Source: an uncultured virus (IMG/VR IMGVR_UViG_3300029305_010146) (Duplodnaviria > Heunggongvirae > Uroviricota > Caudoviricetes). From it: a DNA stretch of 64,000 nucleotides. A program made the position numbers and the translations under genes. Shown piece by piece: positions 49,143-59,815 of the stretch (position 1 is its first letter; every line of letters starts with the position of its first letter). The DNA is taken from IMG/VR virus record IMGVR_UViG_3300029305_010146. One strand, written 5' to 3'. The notes beneath the pieces were generated by a model. That model saw only the letters and a program-made list of their open reading frames with translations, was not told the DNA's origin and did not search any database.

Positions 49143-49532
49143 GTGATTCGTATGACATTAGGCAGACTAATACGCAATTTAATATCTGTTTTTCTCGTAG
49201 TTGGTATATTTATGGGTCTATGCTTTATGGGTTTAGAATTTCTACTTAACGGTGAAGGTTATGCAACTTTTTATGGTTATCAAATAACGAGTTCTCACAA
49301 TGATGATGACGATAATTTCTGTCATGTCGGTAATGCAGTCATAATCAAAACTGCTAAAAAAGACGAAATTCACCACGATACACCAATTGCTATTTATGAT
49401 GAAAATAGTAAACTATATTATATTTACAGAGTAATCAGTAAAAGTGGCGACAAAATCACTGCTGTTGGAAAATGCGGTGAAATAATTTCAACAACTTATA
49501 AAGAGGTCGTCGGCAGAGTTCTCGAAACATAA
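49143..49532 (+). CDS. Hypothetical membrane-anchored protein (possible degenerate S26-like fold)
   Basis: TM helix; VGNAVII...YRVI...EVVGRV. Confidence 0.5.
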   Translation: MIRMTLGRLIRNLISVFLVVGIFMGLCFMGLEFLLNGEGYATFYGYQITSSHNDDDDNFCHVGNAVIIKTAKKDEIHHDTPIAIYDENSKLYYIYRVISKSGDKITAVGKCGEIISTTYKEVVGRVLET

Positions 49533-49774
49533 TATTTCTTTCATATATTTCTGCAAGAAGAAAGGACACTGTTATCAAACAATGTTCTTTCTTTTTTTAC
49601 CTCCCACCCCTCTCCCCCGACCCATAAAAAAATCAAACAAGACCCACTCCGCCAGTAAACACACTTTTACCCACCCAAGATTCTTTTCTGTATAAGAAAC
49701 TAATATATATCTAATATAACACTTCAATATACACAAAAAGACCATAAGAGAGTAAAATCTCCTATGGTCTATTT

Positions 49775-49999
49775 TTATATACCGAAAATATCTGACAAAT
49801 CTCCGATAAAGAATGTATACAGGAAATACAATATAAGTGGAAAGATAAGAAGACAGATAAAGATTCCGACTGGTCTTATTTTATCCATCATATGTGTTCC
49901 CTTTATAGCATCTCTTACGGTATGATACATACAAATACCGAGAAAACCCCATAATGCAAGGTTAAGTAATAATAGTGCAAAATCAAGCACTGCAACCAC
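49775..49999 (-). CDS. Small membrane protein
   Basis: Two hydrophobic helices; follows the 50003-50368 gene. Confidence 0.55.
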   Translation of the reverse strand: MVAVLDFALLLLNLALWGFLGICMYHTVRDAIKGTHMMDKIRPVGIFICLLIFPLILYFLYTFFIGDLSDIFGI

Positions 50000-50002
50000 T
50001 CC

Positions 50003-50368
50003 TTAATGAAAGAAAGTGAACCCCTGAAACCATTTATCGAGCATACAGTGATGATGCGAAACAAACCTTTTCTGTTCGTAATCCCACTTATATAACTTAC
50101 AGGACAAAAGGTGTGGATATAGTCCATAAGCATACTCTTCCACGAGAGCATACTCATAACAATCTTCACGAATGTCTGTAATATTTTTTTCAACTGTTTC
50201 GATGGCATCTTCTGCATTGGGATAAATAGCACAAGGCCAAATATCTCCAAAGTGGGTTCGGTAAAAACCGTCAATGTCTTTTAGATGTCTTTCTTCGATT
50301 TCTTCTTTGGTTATATTGTCAGGAAGGTCTAATTTATCAAAGACCACAACGGAATAATAATTTTCCAT
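50003..50368 (-). CDS. Hypothetical protein
   Basis: AGGAG RBS and promoter. Confidence 0.65.
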   Translation of the reverse strand: MENYYSVVVFDKLDLPDNITKEEIEERHLKDIDGFYRTHFGDIWPCAIYPNAEDAIETVEKNITDIREDCYEYALVEEYAYGLYPHLLSCKLYKWDYEQKRFVSHHHCMLDKWFQGFTFFH

Positions 50369-50605
50369 ATATATTATCAGTCTCCTTTATAGATATTTTT
50401 TAGTGTTGTTATTATATCATATTATATAGGAAAAGTCAACGGAAATTTTGAGATAGTGCGATTACTTTTTTAAGGGGTTGTGATAAGTAGGGTGGGTGGG
50501 AAACAAAATTTTTTTACACAAAATGAGAACTGTGCATTTTAATAGAATTACTTTTTCATATTTTTCATTAAAAAATAAGGTGTCTGAAATTCAGACACCT
50601 TATCT

Positions 50606-52192
50606 TTAGTCGCTTTCGCAACTTAACTCCACAAGAACGGGATTTGCTCCATTGTAAGAGTAAGTAAGTACAAAATGTTCAGAAATCATATCCAGTTCAT
50701 AGATATTGACTTCTACGGAAATCTGTGTACCAATAGGCATTTTCAAATCCGTACAAGTTTTCTCAATATCTCTTTGGACATCAAACTCCAAATCATCCAT
50801 ATCTTTACCGACTCTCTCAATGTGTCGCTTACCATACTCCTTTGCATCAACATCAGCAACTACCTTGAAGATATAATGAGTACGAACATAACCCAAAAGG
50901 TCATCCTTGTCGTTAGACAACTCGTCGCTCATTACCTTATCTAAAAGGTCTTTGAAAATGTCAGAAAACAAAGGAGAAGGCTGGAGACCCAAGTCCTTTA
51001 AGTCATTGCCCGTAATAGCAAGATGTTTTTTGTCCGTGCAGTCATTGCCCGCCAATACATCGTCCATCAAAAGACGAACATTGTAAATCTGGTCAAGAAC
51101 TCCGTGGTCGCAAACAACCTGTCTGTTCTGCGCGAGACAGTCTGCGCATCTTACCTTCAATAGATTGAAGGAAGCATCTGCACCAATCTGCGAGAACAAC
51201 TTACGAACCGCCTTTTTGGAAACGGGAACATTTCTGTCGTGGTGTTTAACGAGAGTAGATACCCTATCTATCGTGTCATTGTCAAACTTGAGTCTTCGCA
51301 TAATGTCAATACACATGCTGTAACTCTTGTCGCCATGACCGTAGAAATGACCAACACCGTCGTCATCCACCGTAAAGACAGAAGGTTTGCCGATGTCATG
51401 GAACAGCATTGCAAGTCTCAAGTCCTTATCAGCATCAATATTCTGAACGGAGTGAATGATGTGCTCATACACATCATATACATGCCAATTGTTCTTCTGG
51501 TCGAAGTCAAAGCACGCCTCAATTTCAGGAATAAAGACTGCGATAATATCTCTAAACTCGTGCAATACATCATAAACACCCTTTCCTACGAGCATCTTCT
51601 GTAACTCAACAGAGATTCTCTCACAAGAAACCTTGCGGATTAAGTCCTTATGTGCATGCATTGCCTGCTTCGTTGCATCGTCAATAACAAAACCAAGTTG
51701 GGAAGCGAAACGCATTGCTCGTAAAATTCGAAGAGCATCCTCCTGAAAACGAGCATTCGCATCGCCAACACAACGAATCGTCTTGTTATGTATATCCTCT
51801 GCACCGCCAAACAAATCGACATACTTGTCGCCGTCGAATGCAATAGCATTCATCGTAAAGTCTCTGCGAAGCAAATCATCACGGAGATTTCTTACGAAAC
51901 TCACACTGTCAGGATGACGACCATCGGAATAGTCACCATCTGCTCTGAAAGTCGTAATCTCGTAACTGTCGTTCGGAAATACCACTGTTACCGTACCGTG
52001 CTTTAAGCCCGTCTCGATAATACGATAATCCTTAAAGACATCCTCAACCTCCTGCGGTAAAGCGGATGTGCAGATATCGTAGTCGTGAACATCTCTGCTC
52101 ATCAACTTATCTCTTACACAACCACCTACGAGATATGCCTCATAACCCGCTTGATGAAGTCTCTGCAAAATCAATCTAACCTCACTATTCAT
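50606..52192 (-). CDS. cca: tRNA nucleotidyltransferase (CCA-adding) with HD domain
   Basis: VGGCVRD, DYDICT, RRDFTMNA, EDALRILRA, H...HDIGKP...GH; CCA vs CC/A specificity not determinable by eye. Confidence 0.9.
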   Translation of the reverse strand: MNSEVRLILQRLHQAGYEAYLVGGCVRDKLMSRDVHDYDICTSALPQEVEDVFKDYRIIETGLKHGTVTVVFPNDSYEITTFRADGDYSDGRHPDSVSFVRNLRDDLLRRDFTMNAIAFDGDKYVDLFGGAEDIHNKTIRCVGDANARFQEDALRILRAMRFASQLGFVIDDATKQAMHAHKDLIRKVSCERISVELQKMLVGKGVYDVLHEFRDIIAVFIPEIEACFDFDQKNNWHVYDVYEHIIHSVQNIDADKDLRLAMLFHDIGKPSVFTVDDDGVGHFYGHGDKSYSMCIDIMRRLKFDNDTIDRVSTLVKHHDRNVPVSKKAVRKLFSQIGADASFNLLKVRCADCLAQNRQVVCDHGVLDQIYNVRLLMDDVLAGNDCTDKKHLAITGNDLKDLGLQPSPLFSDIFKDLLDKVMSDELSNDKDDLLGYVRTHYIFKVVADVDAKEYGKRHIERVGKDMDDLEFDVQRDIEKTCTDLKMPIGTQISVEVNIYELDMISEHFVLTYSYNGANPVLVELSCESD

Positions 52193-52354
52193 ATCTCTAC
52201 CTCCTTTATGTGGTTAAATTATTATACCATTTCTATTTCACAATGTCAACCCCTCCAAGTAAAATAAAAAAGATAACTATTATATTATAAATTTTATATT
52301 AAAATCTCTCAAGAAATTGCTTGACAAATGACAATTATTGTGATACAATACAGA

Positions 52355-52712
52355 TACAATCGTTAGTTGTTAGTTATGCGCAAACACAATTAAACGATTA
52401 GGAGATTTGAAGATGCTTCACCTTCTGCTCTCATGCGATGCCCTGTGTGCCTTATACCGTTGTAAGGGAATTGAAGCAGAGAAAAAGAAAGTCGTTTCTC
52501 GAAGTAATTTGCCACCGCAAATCAGCTACTTAAAAGACTTTCACCACCGATTGCCATAGAGAGGAACTACCAAGAGCGGGTAGTCAATCGGATAATTGTA
52601 AACTATGGGCATATAGTTTGTTAAAACAATTATGAAACCTCGCCAGTAAACGGTCAATGCTGGTTTTTGTAATTAAAACGACAGATTTCTCGGAGGGAAT
52701 CTGTCGTTTTTC
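52355..52712 (+). ncRNA. Candidate stand-alone structured RNA (or 48-aa ORF)
   Basis: TTGACA-17-TACAAT at 52321-52349, consecutive hairpins, terminator at about 52675-52712. Confidence 0.45.
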
Positions 52713-52767
52713 TATTGACAGGGGCATTCTTTTATGTTATAATAAAAAGAAAAAAGGAGGGTGTGAA

Positions 52768-53484
52768 ATGCATACTTTTACTGATTATTTAGACTTAATC
52801 AAAGGAAACAAAAACATTACTTTTTTAACAGGAGCGGGTGTGTCCACACTCTCTGGGATTAAAGACTTTCGTTCGGCAAATGGTTTATATAATGAAGAAA
52901 ATGCCATTTCACCAGAAGAGATTTTAAGTTCTGACTATTTTTATGAACACACAAAAGAATTTTATGACTATTATCGAAGAGCATTTGATTTAAGAAAATA
53001 TGAACCTAATATTGTCCATAAACACATCGCAAAATTAGAGAATAAAGGAAAGAATATTTCAATCATCACGCAAAATGTGGATGGTTTGCATACAAAAGCA
53101 GGTTCTACCGATGTTATTGAGTTTCATGGCACAATTTTTAAGAATAAATGCCTTGCTTGTGGGAAGGAACACAGTGCTGATTTTGTTTTTGATTCAAATG
53201 GTATTCCAAAATGCGAATGTGGTGGGATTATCAAACCTGAAATCGTATTGTATGGCGAAATACCATCCGACACAAACAAAGCACTTCGTAAAGTACACAG
53301 AGCGGATGTTTTAGTTGCTATTGGAAGTTCTCTATTAGTTTCCCCAGCAAACTCATTTATTTATGATGCATTATATGACGGAACACCAGTAGTGATTATC
53401 AATAGAGAAGAAACTCCATTTGATAGGTATGCAACCGCACTTATTCACGATGATTTTAAGAATATTTTCAAAGAAGGTGAATAA
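52768..53484 (+). CDS. cobB: Sir2-family NAD-dependent deacylase
   Basis: GAGVS..SGI.DFRS, TQNVDGLH, HG, CxxC, KP.IVLYGE, GSSL.V.P. Confidence 0.92.
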   Translation: MHTFTDYLDLIKGNKNITFLTGAGVSTLSGIKDFRSANGLYNEENAISPEEILSSDYFYEHTKEFYDYYRRAFDLRKYEPNIVHKHIAKLENKGKNISIITQNVDGLHTKAGSTDVIEFHGTIFKNKCLACGKEHSADFVFDSNGIPKCECGGIIKPEIVLYGEIPSDTNKALRKVHRADVLVAIGSSLLVSPANSFIYDALYDGTPVVIINREETPFDRYATALIHDDFKNIFKEGE

Positions 53485-53835
53485 ATGCAAAATTTAGTTA
53501 TGTATATCGTCATTAACAAAGATTTAGGTATGTCTGCTGGAAAAACAGCAGCACAAGCAAGTCATGCTTGCACAGAATATTTAATAAATACTCTCTGCGG
53601 AGACAATGACTTGGAAAAGGAAAAATTGCACCAATGGCATAACGATTGCCAAAAGAAGATTGTTTTAGGTGCACATGAAAATATTATGCAAAAACTCTCT
53701 GAAAGAGAAAATGTTTATGTCGTTCACGACCTCGGTTTTACCGAAATTGCTCCTAATAGTTTAACTGCTATTTGTTTGGGTATTTTTGATAAAGCAGATG
53801 TGCCGAAAGAATATTCAAAATTAAGACTATTATAA
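53485..53835 (+). CDS. pth2: Peptidyl-tRNA hydrolase, Pth2 type
   Basis: DLGMSAGKTAAQASHA, KKIVL, DLGFTEI..NSLT, LRLL. Confidence 0.9.
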   Translation: MQNLVMYIVINKDLGMSAGKTAAQASHACTEYLINTLCGDNDLEKEKLHQWHNDCQKKIVLGAHENIMQKLSERENVYVVHDLGFTEIAPNSLTAICLGIFDKADVPKEYSKLRLL

Positions 53836-53847
53836 AGGAGATTTCAC

Positions 53848-54648
53848 ATGAAAAGAATTTTAAGTATCATTTTGTCTTTTGTACTTATTTTTTCGTTAGT
53901 TGCTTGTTCCGAACAAAATCAACCAACAGACAATTCACCAACAGAAATACATTTTGGTACAAAAGTAAGCGAGTTAAAGAAACTCGATGGCAAAGAAGTG
54001 GTTCTTATTGGATATATGTCCGCTTTAGAACCAATCGACGGTCGAATTGCTTATATCATGAATGCACCATTGCAAACATGCCCATTCTGCGTTTCACATG
54101 AAGAAACCCTTGTAGATACAATGGCAATATCTGGTACAGATGTTGGTTATACATCTGCACCTGTTAAAATCACAGGAACTCTTGTTTTTGGTTTTTTTGA
54201 AGATGCATATGGTTCGCAATATACCTACAGAATTCAAAATGCAAAAATCACGAAATTGACAACTGATGACGATATTCCAGAAAACATGAAAAAATTTATT
54301 CCCTTATCAATTGAAAACCTTTGTTTACAATCTTTTATTTTTATTGAAAACATAATGACCGTTGCATTTTATGATGAAGCAGGTATTGCACCAGAAGATA
54401 TTAATAAAGTATATGGAGAACTTCCAGAACTTGATATTGTAAATATCAAAAAGGTACTCAATGAGAATGGAGAAGAAAATGCATATGCTGACTTTTTAGA
54501 ACTTATTGATAAAGCAGAGGTTATTCGTGTTAAGTTAAACGAAGATATCAAAAACAACAACATCGAAGCATATAAAACTTATCAAGATGAACTCAATAAA
54601 ATTGCTGATGCCATGTCGCAATACTTTATGGAATTCACAATCAGATAA
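53848..54648 (+). CDS. Lipoprotein with CPFC motif
   Basis: LVAC lipobox. Confidence 0.7.
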   Translation: MKRILSIILSFVLIFSLVACSEQNQPTDNSPTEIHFGTKVSELKKLDGKEVVLIGYMSALEPIDGRIAYIMNAPLQTCPFCVSHEETLVDTMAISGTDVGYTSAPVKITGTLVFGFFEDAYGSQYTYRIQNAKITKLTTDDDIPENMKKFIPLSIENLCLQSFIFIENIMTVAFYDEAGIAPEDINKVYGELPELDIVNIKKVLNENGEENAYADFLELIDKAEVIRVKLNEDIKNNNIEAYKTYQDELNKIADAMSQYFMEFTIR

Positions 54649-54682
54649 AAAAAGAACCTTTCTTTTGAAAGGTTCTTTTTGT

Positions 54683-57600
54683 TTAACTATTTAATAGTGC
54701 CATCGCTCTTTTTTCTTCCATAATACCCATAAGTTCTATATTAGATGGTGGGTCAACGCCAAGTGGGTCGATATGGACAAGTGAAGGTTCTGTTTCTTTG
54801 AAATCGAAGTTTCTGGAAGAACGACATACGAACCAACCAATTGGAGAACGAGGGAACCATTTTAAGATGTCACGGTCATCATATCTTTCTTCACGAGCAA
54901 TCTTACGGATAACCAAGGTAACGTCGTCTGCTCTTGAAATCTTACCAGCGAAGATAAGACCAGAGTTAGCAACACAGGAACTTGGCATATCGGCAATCTT
55001 CTGCGTGATAGCAATGATAAATAGACCGAGACCAGCAGACTGGTCGAGAATCTTTTCGAACTCGGACTGTCCACCGATAGATGGCATACTACTACCCTTT
55101 GAACCAGCAGTATCAGAACCAGTAAGAACTTCGTTTGCTTCCTCAATAATCAATACAGTTTCGTATTGGTCAGGAGCAAGGAAACCGCCTTCGTGACCTT
55201 GTGCGTATTTGAAGAAACCACTTGTTACACAACCGAAGATAAAATTCTTGAAGGTTGTTTCAAGACCATAGGACTCAAGAACAACTACATCGTCTTTTCC
55301 AATAAGTTCATCAACAGCAATACCATCTTCATTTGCAAACAATCTTGCTTCAATTGAGAACTTACGACCAAATACTTGTAGTCTATCAAGTAGGCACATA
55401 TAACAGTCCATTGCTTCCGTACCCATTCTACCTTTCTTTGAAAGTTTAGGGTCATCAAGAGCAAGTTTAATTTTCTGCATTCTTTCATAGACCTTGGTCA
55501 TTGTAATTTTGCTCGAACGCTCTGGAACGAAGTCTCTCCAGTTTGGTGAGTCTTCAAAAACACCAGCATCTTCGTAAAGAGAATAGAATGTTTCTGCAAG
55601 AATTGCTTTACCACGTTCGAGAAGACCGTAAGAACGACAGAAAATTTCGATTACACCATCAACCCATACTTGTGGGTTAACATTGTGAGGAACCTTACAA
55701 ATATTAAGGTTAATAGGCAAGAACTCTGGGTTACCAAGAGAATAGAAGTGGAATCTCTCTGGTTCGACGAATTTGCCAAGAACACGCCAGTCTTGTTTTG
55801 GGTCAAGAGCAACGATTCTCAATCTCTTACCAGTTTTCTTTCTTCTAACCTTTGTAAGTTCTGCTACGAAACGAGTTGCAGCAACGGTCTTACCAGAGCG
55901 GGACTCACCAGTGAAGATACCGTGCATCAATTCGCTTTCGTCAAGTCTATATTCAAAAATAGACTCGTATTTATCGCCCATTGTCCATCTTTCGCCAGAA
56001 AGAATTTTACCCATATAGATATCGCCCTTCTTCATAGATGGAACTGCGAATTTAGGAACGTCGCCAACATCTGCATAAACACCACCGTCGGAGATACGAG
56101 GTAAGTGAGTATATGCCGTATATTCTAATGGCAACAAAATTGTCGAATATTTATAAGACTGCATTTGTCTTTTATCATTTACTTTTGTATTATCCGCACT
56201 AAATGCAGAGAAGTGATAGAGCAAATGCTTCTGTTCTTCATCTTTTAAGTTTAATACCTGTAGAGGACAAATCAAAGCACTTGCATCAGACCAAGCAGAT
56301 TTTGCAAGGATGGATGCCGCCTGTTGTGTTTGGAAGTCTGGGGTTGCAATGTAAACATCCGTAAAGAATGCACCATTGTTACCCTTCAAGGCATTCATCA
56401 ATCTTGTGTTTTGGAAGTCGAGCAAAGTTAAAATATTTTTAACTTCTTGGTCCATCCACTGATAATTGATACCAAACCCCACAGATGGTCCAACGCCGAT
56501 ACTGGAATTTGTACCTCTTGAAATATTGCCTGTTGAACCAAGCGATTCACCAGTTGAATGAGATTTACTTCTGCTCCAACTTTGAGATTGTCCGCCTCCA
56601 AGGTTTTCATTATAAGTTCTTCCGTGACTAGATGTAGCACTCTGGGTGTAGGAATCTGTTGCGGTTTGTCCATAAGAGGTGCTTCTGGATAATCCCCAAC
56701 TATTGTTTGTGCTTACACCAGAACTTCCTCCAATATTAGAACCCATATTAGCACTTTGATTCATGCCAATTGAAGAACCTTGACTATTGGACGATGTTTG
56801 TCCCCAGCTTTGAGCACTACCTCTTGTTGATGCATCTGTTGAACCAACGGAATTAGAGGTCGTAGTTGATGTTCCATAACCTTGTGTAACAACATCCGAT
56901 GTATTGTGACTCACACTGTGTGTCTGCGATGTTCCAGTTGTTGAATTTGTTCCATGTCCAACACTGGTTGAACCGTTTACTCCACTACTCCAACTTTGTG
57001 TGTTGGTTGTACCGTTACTTACACCAGTACTATGACTTTGAGATGTACCAGTTGTGGTGGTATTACTTGTTGTATGACTGTTGCTTGTTGCATCAGAAGT
57101 GCCTCTCGAAGTTGAAGTAGAAGTACCAGAATTAGTAGCTTCCGTTGTCGTTGTCGAATTAGATTCACTTTCAGACCATGTTGTAGTACGTGTATTATTG
57201 TATATACCAATATTAATACCAGTTGTTCTACTTCCGCCTCGTGTTTCTGTTGTTGCTTCCATCTCACTTGTGCTACTTTCCGTACTATTAGAACGCGTAT
57301 TTGCAGTATTTGATGTAACAGTATGGGTTGTGCCTCTGGTATCGCTTGTGCCATGACTTGTAGAGGAATTGCTACCAGTCGTATCGGTTTCGGTTATTGT
57401 TTGCGACCGTGATACAGAACCACCAGTTGTTGAACTCCAACCCTGTGTTTCGCTTGTGCTGTCGCCAACGGTTGTACTTTGCATGTGAGTTACACTATCA
57501 GAAGTTCCAGAGTTAACTCCGTGAGATGTGCTGTTACTTGTACTTGTTCCCTCTGAAAAACTTGATGTTATAGAGTCCGAATGACCAGTAGAATTATTAG

Positions 57601-58711
57601 CAGATTCATTATAAGAATTTCCAGTTGAAGCATTTTCTGAAAAGTTTACAGATGTTCCTTGACTCAAAGAATTGCCTTCTCCCCAACTTGTACCTTGGGA
57701 AGTACCAAACCCAGTACTATAATTTTGACCAGTGCTTTCACTAAAAGATTGACCGTAACTGTGGCCAACACTTTCGCCAAAAGACTGATTGATGGATTCC
57801 CCAACTGATGTAGAAAAGTTTGATTGTAAAGATTCTGATATTGTCACAGAATCCACATTGCTTTCTGTGTAAGAGTGACTCCAGCCTTCGGATGCACCTA
57901 GGTTAGCCATATACATCATAGGAACACTTAAGTTAAATCCTATATTACTTGACCCATTCAACTGACTATTGAAGTGTGTCATTTCTTCTGCTGTTTGAGC
58001 AAGCCATCTTTCAAGGTGTTCTGCTTTAACTGGGGTCGAAAGAATTTGAACAACATATTCCTTATCGCTCATACCAGCGATAAATTCTTCTGTTGTTTGG
58101 TCTTCATCGGGAGTTACTTTCATTCCTTTACCTGCGCCAGGGTCATTAGGGTTAGTACCCTTTCGGCCACTTTCTTTTGCTTTCGGAATACCTCTCACAA
58201 CAGCAAGATTTTTCATTGAAAACATTTTATCTCTCAACCATTCCAATTCTTGATATGATAATGGTTTATATTCGAGAACACGATAAGTACCTTGCAATAA
58301 CGAAATCATTGCATGATAATCCATTGCGGCAACTTCTTTTGCTTCTTCTTCTGAAGTACCAACACCTTGTATTCCGTATAAATACATTAAACCAAAAGGC
58401 ACTGGTGTTAATATATTCGCAATAACAGTAACAAATTTGATGTTTTGACTCCACAAACCCTGTAACATACGAGCATGAATTCTCATCATCGTTGTAGATT
58501 CCTTCGCGCCTTTTGGCAATCTTACGATTCTAACGAGCTTCACACACTTGAAAAAGTGCATAACATTACCAGATTCGTCTTCCATTTCAAGTTCATACAT
58601 TAAACTTTCAGCAATTTGTCTATCACTAGAATATTCTACCCAAGTGCGCAAGATTTTCAAATCATCTTCCACACCACCATTTTTTGTTACTGACTTTGAT
58701 AACTCGAACAT
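54683..58711 (-). CDS. VirB4/HerA-like P-loop ATPase with long Ser/Thr/Gly-rich insert
   Basis: GESRSGKT Walker A, LDPK, IIEEANE Walker B, ITQ; probable start 58711 after AGGGGG. Confidence 0.8.
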   Translation of the reverse strand: MFELSKSVTKNGGVEDDLKILRTWVEYSSDRQIAESLMYELEMEDESGNVMHFFKCVKLVRIVRLPKGAKESTTMMRIHARMLQGLWSQNIKFVTVIANILTPVPFGLMYLYGIQGVGTSEEEAKEVAAMDYHAMISLLQGTYRVLEYKPLSYQELEWLRDKMFSMKNLAVVRGIPKAKESGRKGTNPNDPGAGKGMKVTPDEDQTTEEFIAGMSDKEYVVQILSTPVKAEHLERWLAQTAEEMTHFNSQLNGSSNIGFNLSVPMMYMANLGASEGWSHSYTESNVDSVTISESLQSNFSTSVGESINQSFGESVGHSYGQSFSESTGQNYSTGFGTSQGTSWGEGNSLSQGTSVNFSENASTGNSYNESANNSTGHSDSITSSFSEGTSTSNSTSHGVNSGTSDSVTHMQSTTVGDSTSETQGWSSTTGGSVSRSQTITETDTTGSNSSTSHGTSDTRGTTHTVTSNTANTRSNSTESSTSEMEATTETRGGSRTTGINIGIYNNTRTTTWSESESNSTTTTEATNSGTSTSTSRGTSDATSNSHTTSNTTTTGTSQSHSTGVSNGTTNTQSWSSGVNGSTSVGHGTNSTTGTSQTHSVSHNTSDVVTQGYGTSTTTSNSVGSTDASTRGSAQSWGQTSSNSQGSSIGMNQSANMGSNIGGSSGVSTNNSWGLSRSTSYGQTATDSYTQSATSSHGRTYNENLGGGQSQSWSRSKSHSTGESLGSTGNISRGTNSSIGVGPSVGFGINYQWMDQEVKNILTLLDFQNTRLMNALKGNNGAFFTDVYIATPDFQTQQAASILAKSAWSDASALICPLQVLNLKDEEQKHLLYHFSAFSADNTKVNDKRQMQSYKYSTILLPLEYTAYTHLPRISDGGVYADVGDVPKFAVPSMKKGDIYMGKILSGERWTMGDKYESIFEYRLDESELMHGIFTGESRSGKTVAATRFVAELTKVRRKKTGKRLRIVALDPKQDWRVLGKFVEPERFHFYSLGNPEFLPINLNICKVPHNVNPQVWVDGVIEIFCRSYGLLERGKAILAETFYSLYEDAGVFEDSPNWRDFVPERSSKITMTKVYERMQKIKLALDDPKLSKKGRMGTEAMDCYMCLLDRLQVFGRKFSIEARLFANEDGIAVDELIGKDDVVVLESYGLETTFKNFIFGCVTSGFFKYAQGHEGGFLAPDQYETVLIIEEANEVLTGSDTAGSKGSSMPSIGGQSEFEKILDQSAGLGLFIIAITQKIADMPSSCVANSGLIFAGKISRADDVTLVIRKIAREERYDDRDILKWFPRSPIGWFVCRSSRNFDFKETEPSLVHIDPLGVDPPSNIELMGIMEEKRAMALLNS

Positions 58712-58925
58712 ATAACTTCCCCCTTTCGACATATTTTTTTAATAAGATATTTGTTATAGTTTATTGTACTTTTCTAACTTTATCAAGAAAATATACTATG
58801 TGTTTTTAGCAAGATATATATTTAATGTTAAACAATAATTTTGTTTTTTTCAAATTTTTCTTTATTGACTTTCATTGTTTTTTCTTTTATAATTACATCA
58901 ATATCATTTTAAGGAGTTAAAAATT

Positions 58926-59642
58926 ATGAGCAATAAGAATATTCTATCAATTGATATGGACTATATTTTGGGTCCTTGTATAAATATCTATAATGACCTT
59001 GTTTGCGCCAGCAATCCACCAGAAAACATTTGGGATACTGTAAACAAAGTTAGAAATGCTGATAAACATATTACATATGACAAAGAAAGCCTTGCTTATA
59101 TTTTTAATGTTTTTTCAAGTGCTTTATCTAAACTTAAAGACAAGAACAATGTAAGTTTTGCTCTAAATCATGATGCAATACTTTTTGATTTAGCATCAGA
59201 AAAATATAAAAGCGACACCTTTACGATTTACAATATTGACCACCATCATGATATTTTTTACTCTGAAAAAGGTCGCATCGAAGTTGACCAATATGATGTT
59301 GCAAATGTATCAAATTGGATATGGTATTTAGACAAAAACAACAAAATTTCTCAATACAATTGGATTTGTAACAAAAATTCTGTTTTCCCGCAGGACAACC
59401 TTCAAACAAATGGTCAAATGAATGCTTTTGTTGCCGAAGACAAGAAAGATATTTTTGATGTCAATGAATGGGATTACATCTTCGTCTGCAATTCTCCACA
59501 TTGGTTTCCAAGAGATTACGATGTATTTTTTGAAATGCTGAAAAATATTTATGAAAATATTACAGGAAATAAAAAAGAAATTAATGTGAACACATTTTCT
59601 CCAAACGGTTTAGCAAGACCTTATCCAATTAAAAATCAATAA
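58926..59642 (+). CDS. Hypothetical arginase/UPF0489-like metalloprotein
   Basis: ILSIDMDY, NHD, NIDHHHD, SPHW. Confidence 0.55.
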   Translation: MSNKNILSIDMDYILGPCINIYNDLVCASNPPENIWDTVNKVRNADKHITYDKESLAYIFNVFSSALSKLKDKNNVSFALNHDAILFDLASEKYKSDTFTIYNIDHHHDIFYSEKGRIEVDQYDVANVSNWIWYLDKNNKISQYNWICNKNSVFPQDNLQTNGQMNAFVAEDKKDIFDVNEWDYIFVCNSPHWFPRDYDVFFEMLKNIYENITGNKKEINVNTFSPNGLARPYPIKNQ

Positions 59643-59815
59643 CAACAAAGACTTGCTCTTGCAAGTCTTTTTCTTTTTTAAAATGAATAGGAGGGGTGGT
59701 TTTACCACCCCTCCAGCGGAAAAGTATAACATTCGTAAGACAGAATAAGTAGTTGTAGTGCGACCTACACAAAAACCTATTTTTTAATGCCCATTTGTTG
59801 AAGATATGCATCTCT

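Noticed and set aside
52460..52500. RNase P RNA (GAAAGTC motif)
   Set aside because: The complementary P4 strand and other conserved regions were not found.
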